Origin: Felis catus
Taxonomy: Eukaryota
DNA length: 64,000 nt
NCBI RefSeq assembly: GCF_018350175.1
Contig: NC_058368.1
Span: 196,170,001 to 196,234,000 of the forward strand
Reading direction: 5' to 3'
Part shown: positions 61,471-64,000 of the stretch, piece after piece
How positions within the stretch are numbered: the first letter of the stretch is position 1
Layout of the letters: each line of letters begins with the position of its first letter
Translations under genes and position numbers: made by a program
The notes under the pieces: model-generated
Seen by the model: the letters and a program-made list of their open reading frames with translations, nothing else
Databases searched by the model: none
Told to the model about the DNA's origin: nothing

Positions 61471-63354
61471 GGAAAGCAAAGGCCATTTCCCCGGCGTGGC
61501 GCCCTCCATAGGAGGCCTTGTGCTGGAGTGGGAAGAGAATGGGCTCCTGAAGGGGGCCAGCTGGGGCTGAACCCTTGCTGGGAGATCTTCAGGTGAGGTG
61601 AACTTGGGAGTAGGTTACTTTACCTCTGGGTTCCAGCTTCCTCTCTTGTAAAACAGGGATAAAGACAGTCTTAAGCTTCAGGGATGCTATGAGGCTGGAG
61701 GGAGGAAGGCAACCGCAGAAGGGGAGGGAGGACTTGCCGAGAAGAGTCTCCAGAGACGCTGTCACCTGAGACCCATCCAGCATGGATATCCCAACGTTCC
61801 CTGGTCCAAAGGGATCGATACAGTCTCTTCAAATCTAACTACATCTCAGAATGTGGCTACGTCTCTGGAGGAACACTGGACATGTGGGAGCCAGACCTAG
61901 CACCCCTCCAATCCCATTCAGGCCCTGGGTCCTGAGCCCGTGTTAGGTGACTCCGGAGGTGGGGACAGCTATGGATTCGCATTCCTGATCTTGCAGGAGA
62001 GGTGGGAGGATGCACACCATGGCTGCTGCAAGCCAGTTACCCACGGCAGCAGGCTTGGGAGAGCATCTGATGGCTCCAAGCAAAATACCTGGGGGACGAG
62101 AAGGGCATACGTGTCCAGTTGCTTTCACTCATATATGACCACATGTCAGCCCACACAAACGGGTGTCGTGAGGCCACAGCAGGGGGTACCCCCCATCACC
62201 TCCACGCAATTGATCCCAGGCATGGCACCCTCTCGGGGCAGGATCAAGCCTGGGGGGAGGTGGGCTTAGCCCTCTGGGGTGAGCAGCCATTTGGACAAGA
62301 CCATGGAGCCCATGGACAATAAGGTCAAAGGATGCCTGATATTCACTCCACTTACCCCAAATCACCCCACCACCTCCACCATCACCTTACTCTGCTTAAG
62401 GGACCAGAGCACTGGGATGGCAGTCGGGAGCATTTACAATGGAAACTTATTTCTGGAGTAGGCGACACACACACGCGTGATGTAAAACTATAAAGGTACA
62501 GAAAGGATGCAGAGAAAAGTCTCCCAGCTTCCCACCCTTCTCCCCAGCTCCCCAGGAGGAAGCAAGCAATGTTATTGGAGGGTGTATACATATATGGGTT
62601 TAAATAACATCGAGAGTAGCACATTATACACATTTGGTAAACTTTGCTTATTTTTTTTCCACCCTATCTTCTCTCTCCCAAATTTAGGACCTGGACTATA
62701 ACGGGCAGGAGTGAATACTTGAAGAGTGGATGGGTTAGTGGATGGGGTGGTGAATAAATGAACGATGTTCATCCAGGTTGAGGCTTTTTAGACTCTCTTC
62801 TGTGAGACTCACCCCTGACCTTGGGAGCTTCCCTCTTCCTTTGGCATGTCACTGAAGGTGGGTAAATTCAGGCCTTCTTGACCCTGGCACAGAGCCATCA
62901 TGAGGGGGGAACCAAGTGAACCAGGCAGCTGAACAGCTTCATTGTCATTTCCACCAGCAGATGGTTACCAGGGAAACTTAAAGAATGTTAGAACTGGGAG
63001 GGGCTTTCAGGCAATGTGGAGGCCGCCTGACAGAATCTCAGACTGGGGGGTGGGCATCCCCACAAGTTCTTTAAGACTTTAATTTTTTTATGTTCACTTC
63101 GATGACAATCTAAAACAATTAAAGGCAATATTTTTGGATCCTCTGGACGTCCGCCTGATGATGGCACGGCTGTGTGACTATACCTGTGTTCGTGTTTGTA
63201 TTTATGATCACATTGGCACTGGGATAATCAATGACTCTGTGGCCTCCTGAATAAACCAAGATTTTCACAAAGGTCAAACTGAGCAGGTTCTTATATTTTG
63301 TGTCTGTAGACCCCTAAGATCCCTGGAAATATTCTTAAGGTCAGTGAGAAAAAA

Positions 63355-63520
63355 AATTTTTTTTAATTTATTTATTTTGAGAGAGAGAGAGAAATCCCAA
63401 GCAGGCTCCGCACTGTCAGCGCAGAGCCCAGTATGGGGCTCGAACTCACAAACCATAGATCACGACCAGAGCCAAAACCAAGAGCCGGACACTTAATCAG
63501 TTGAGCCACCCAGGTGCCCC
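63355..63520 (-). mobile_element. Can-SINE
   Basis: Ends in tgagccacccaggtgcccc. Confidence 0.9.
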
Positions 63521-63799
63521 ATGGTCAGTGGGACACTTTTAAGGCATGTGTCCGTTACTCAAGTATGAGAAGCCCTTGGTGAAGACAAGGGCATTCCAGG
63601 CAGGGGCTGGGAGCCTGGACTGAAGTTCTGTCTCTGTTTCTTACTGGCTGAGTCACCTGGATTCTTTAGAGTCTTCTGCTTTAATTTTTCCAATAAATTA
63701 GGGATCAAAAAGCCTTCCTTGATGGATATCATGACGGGAAAATTAGGTAGTGAATGTGAAAATGCTGTCTTTTTTAAAACAATTTTTAAAGATTTAAAA

Positions 63800-64000
63800 A
63801 AAATGTTTATTTGTGAGAGAGAGTGAGAGAGAGAAACAGAGCATGAGTGGGGGAGGGACAGAGAGAGAGAGGCAGACACAGAATCCGAAGCAGGATCCAG
63901 GCTCCAAGCTGTCAGCACAGAGCCCAATGCGGGGCTCCAACTCATGAACCGCGAAATCACGACCTGAGCCGAAGTCGGACACTTAACCGACTGAGCCACC
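63800..64000 (-). mobile_element. Feline SINE (truncated by the window edge)
   Basis: gacctgagccgaagtcggacacttaaccgactgagccacc. Confidence 0.92.

Overview
Mammalian genomic DNA, almost certainly from a felid: the carnivore tRNA-derived SINEs are of the feline SINEC_Fc type. The window holds two convergent, spliced protein-coding genes. CD74 (MHC class II invariant chain) is on the + strand, CDS 3500-11709, with 9 coding exons including the alternative thyroglobulin-type-1 exon 6b and a polyA signal at 12290. TCOF1 (treacle) is on the - strand, ATG at 52255 to stop at 14699, with 26 coding exons, a non-coding last exon and a polyA signal at 13485. All exon boundaries were read by hand from splice signals and reading frame. 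The rest is SINE, L1, L2 and MIR repeat plus about 11.5 kb of intergenic DNA upstream of TCOF1. I see no prokaryotic-type system and no novel gene. The most notable observations are: (1) a one-base frameshift in a G-run of TCOF1 exon 23, either an assembly error or a loss-of-function allele; (2) up to three extra MHC-II-type X-Y enhancer modules in CD74 intron 1 with canonical spacing; (3) birth-and-death of treacle repeat exons, with decayed exon relics, one candidate extra exon and a 36-bp perfect identity between neighbouring exons; (4) a (CAG)12 tract in frame with the CD74 start where human p35 begins; (5) an altered CLIP P1 anchor and an altered treacle SDET motif; (6) a candidate 18-nt microexon and a GC-AG intron in TCOF1. 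Comparisons with human sequences are from memory and need alignment to confirm.
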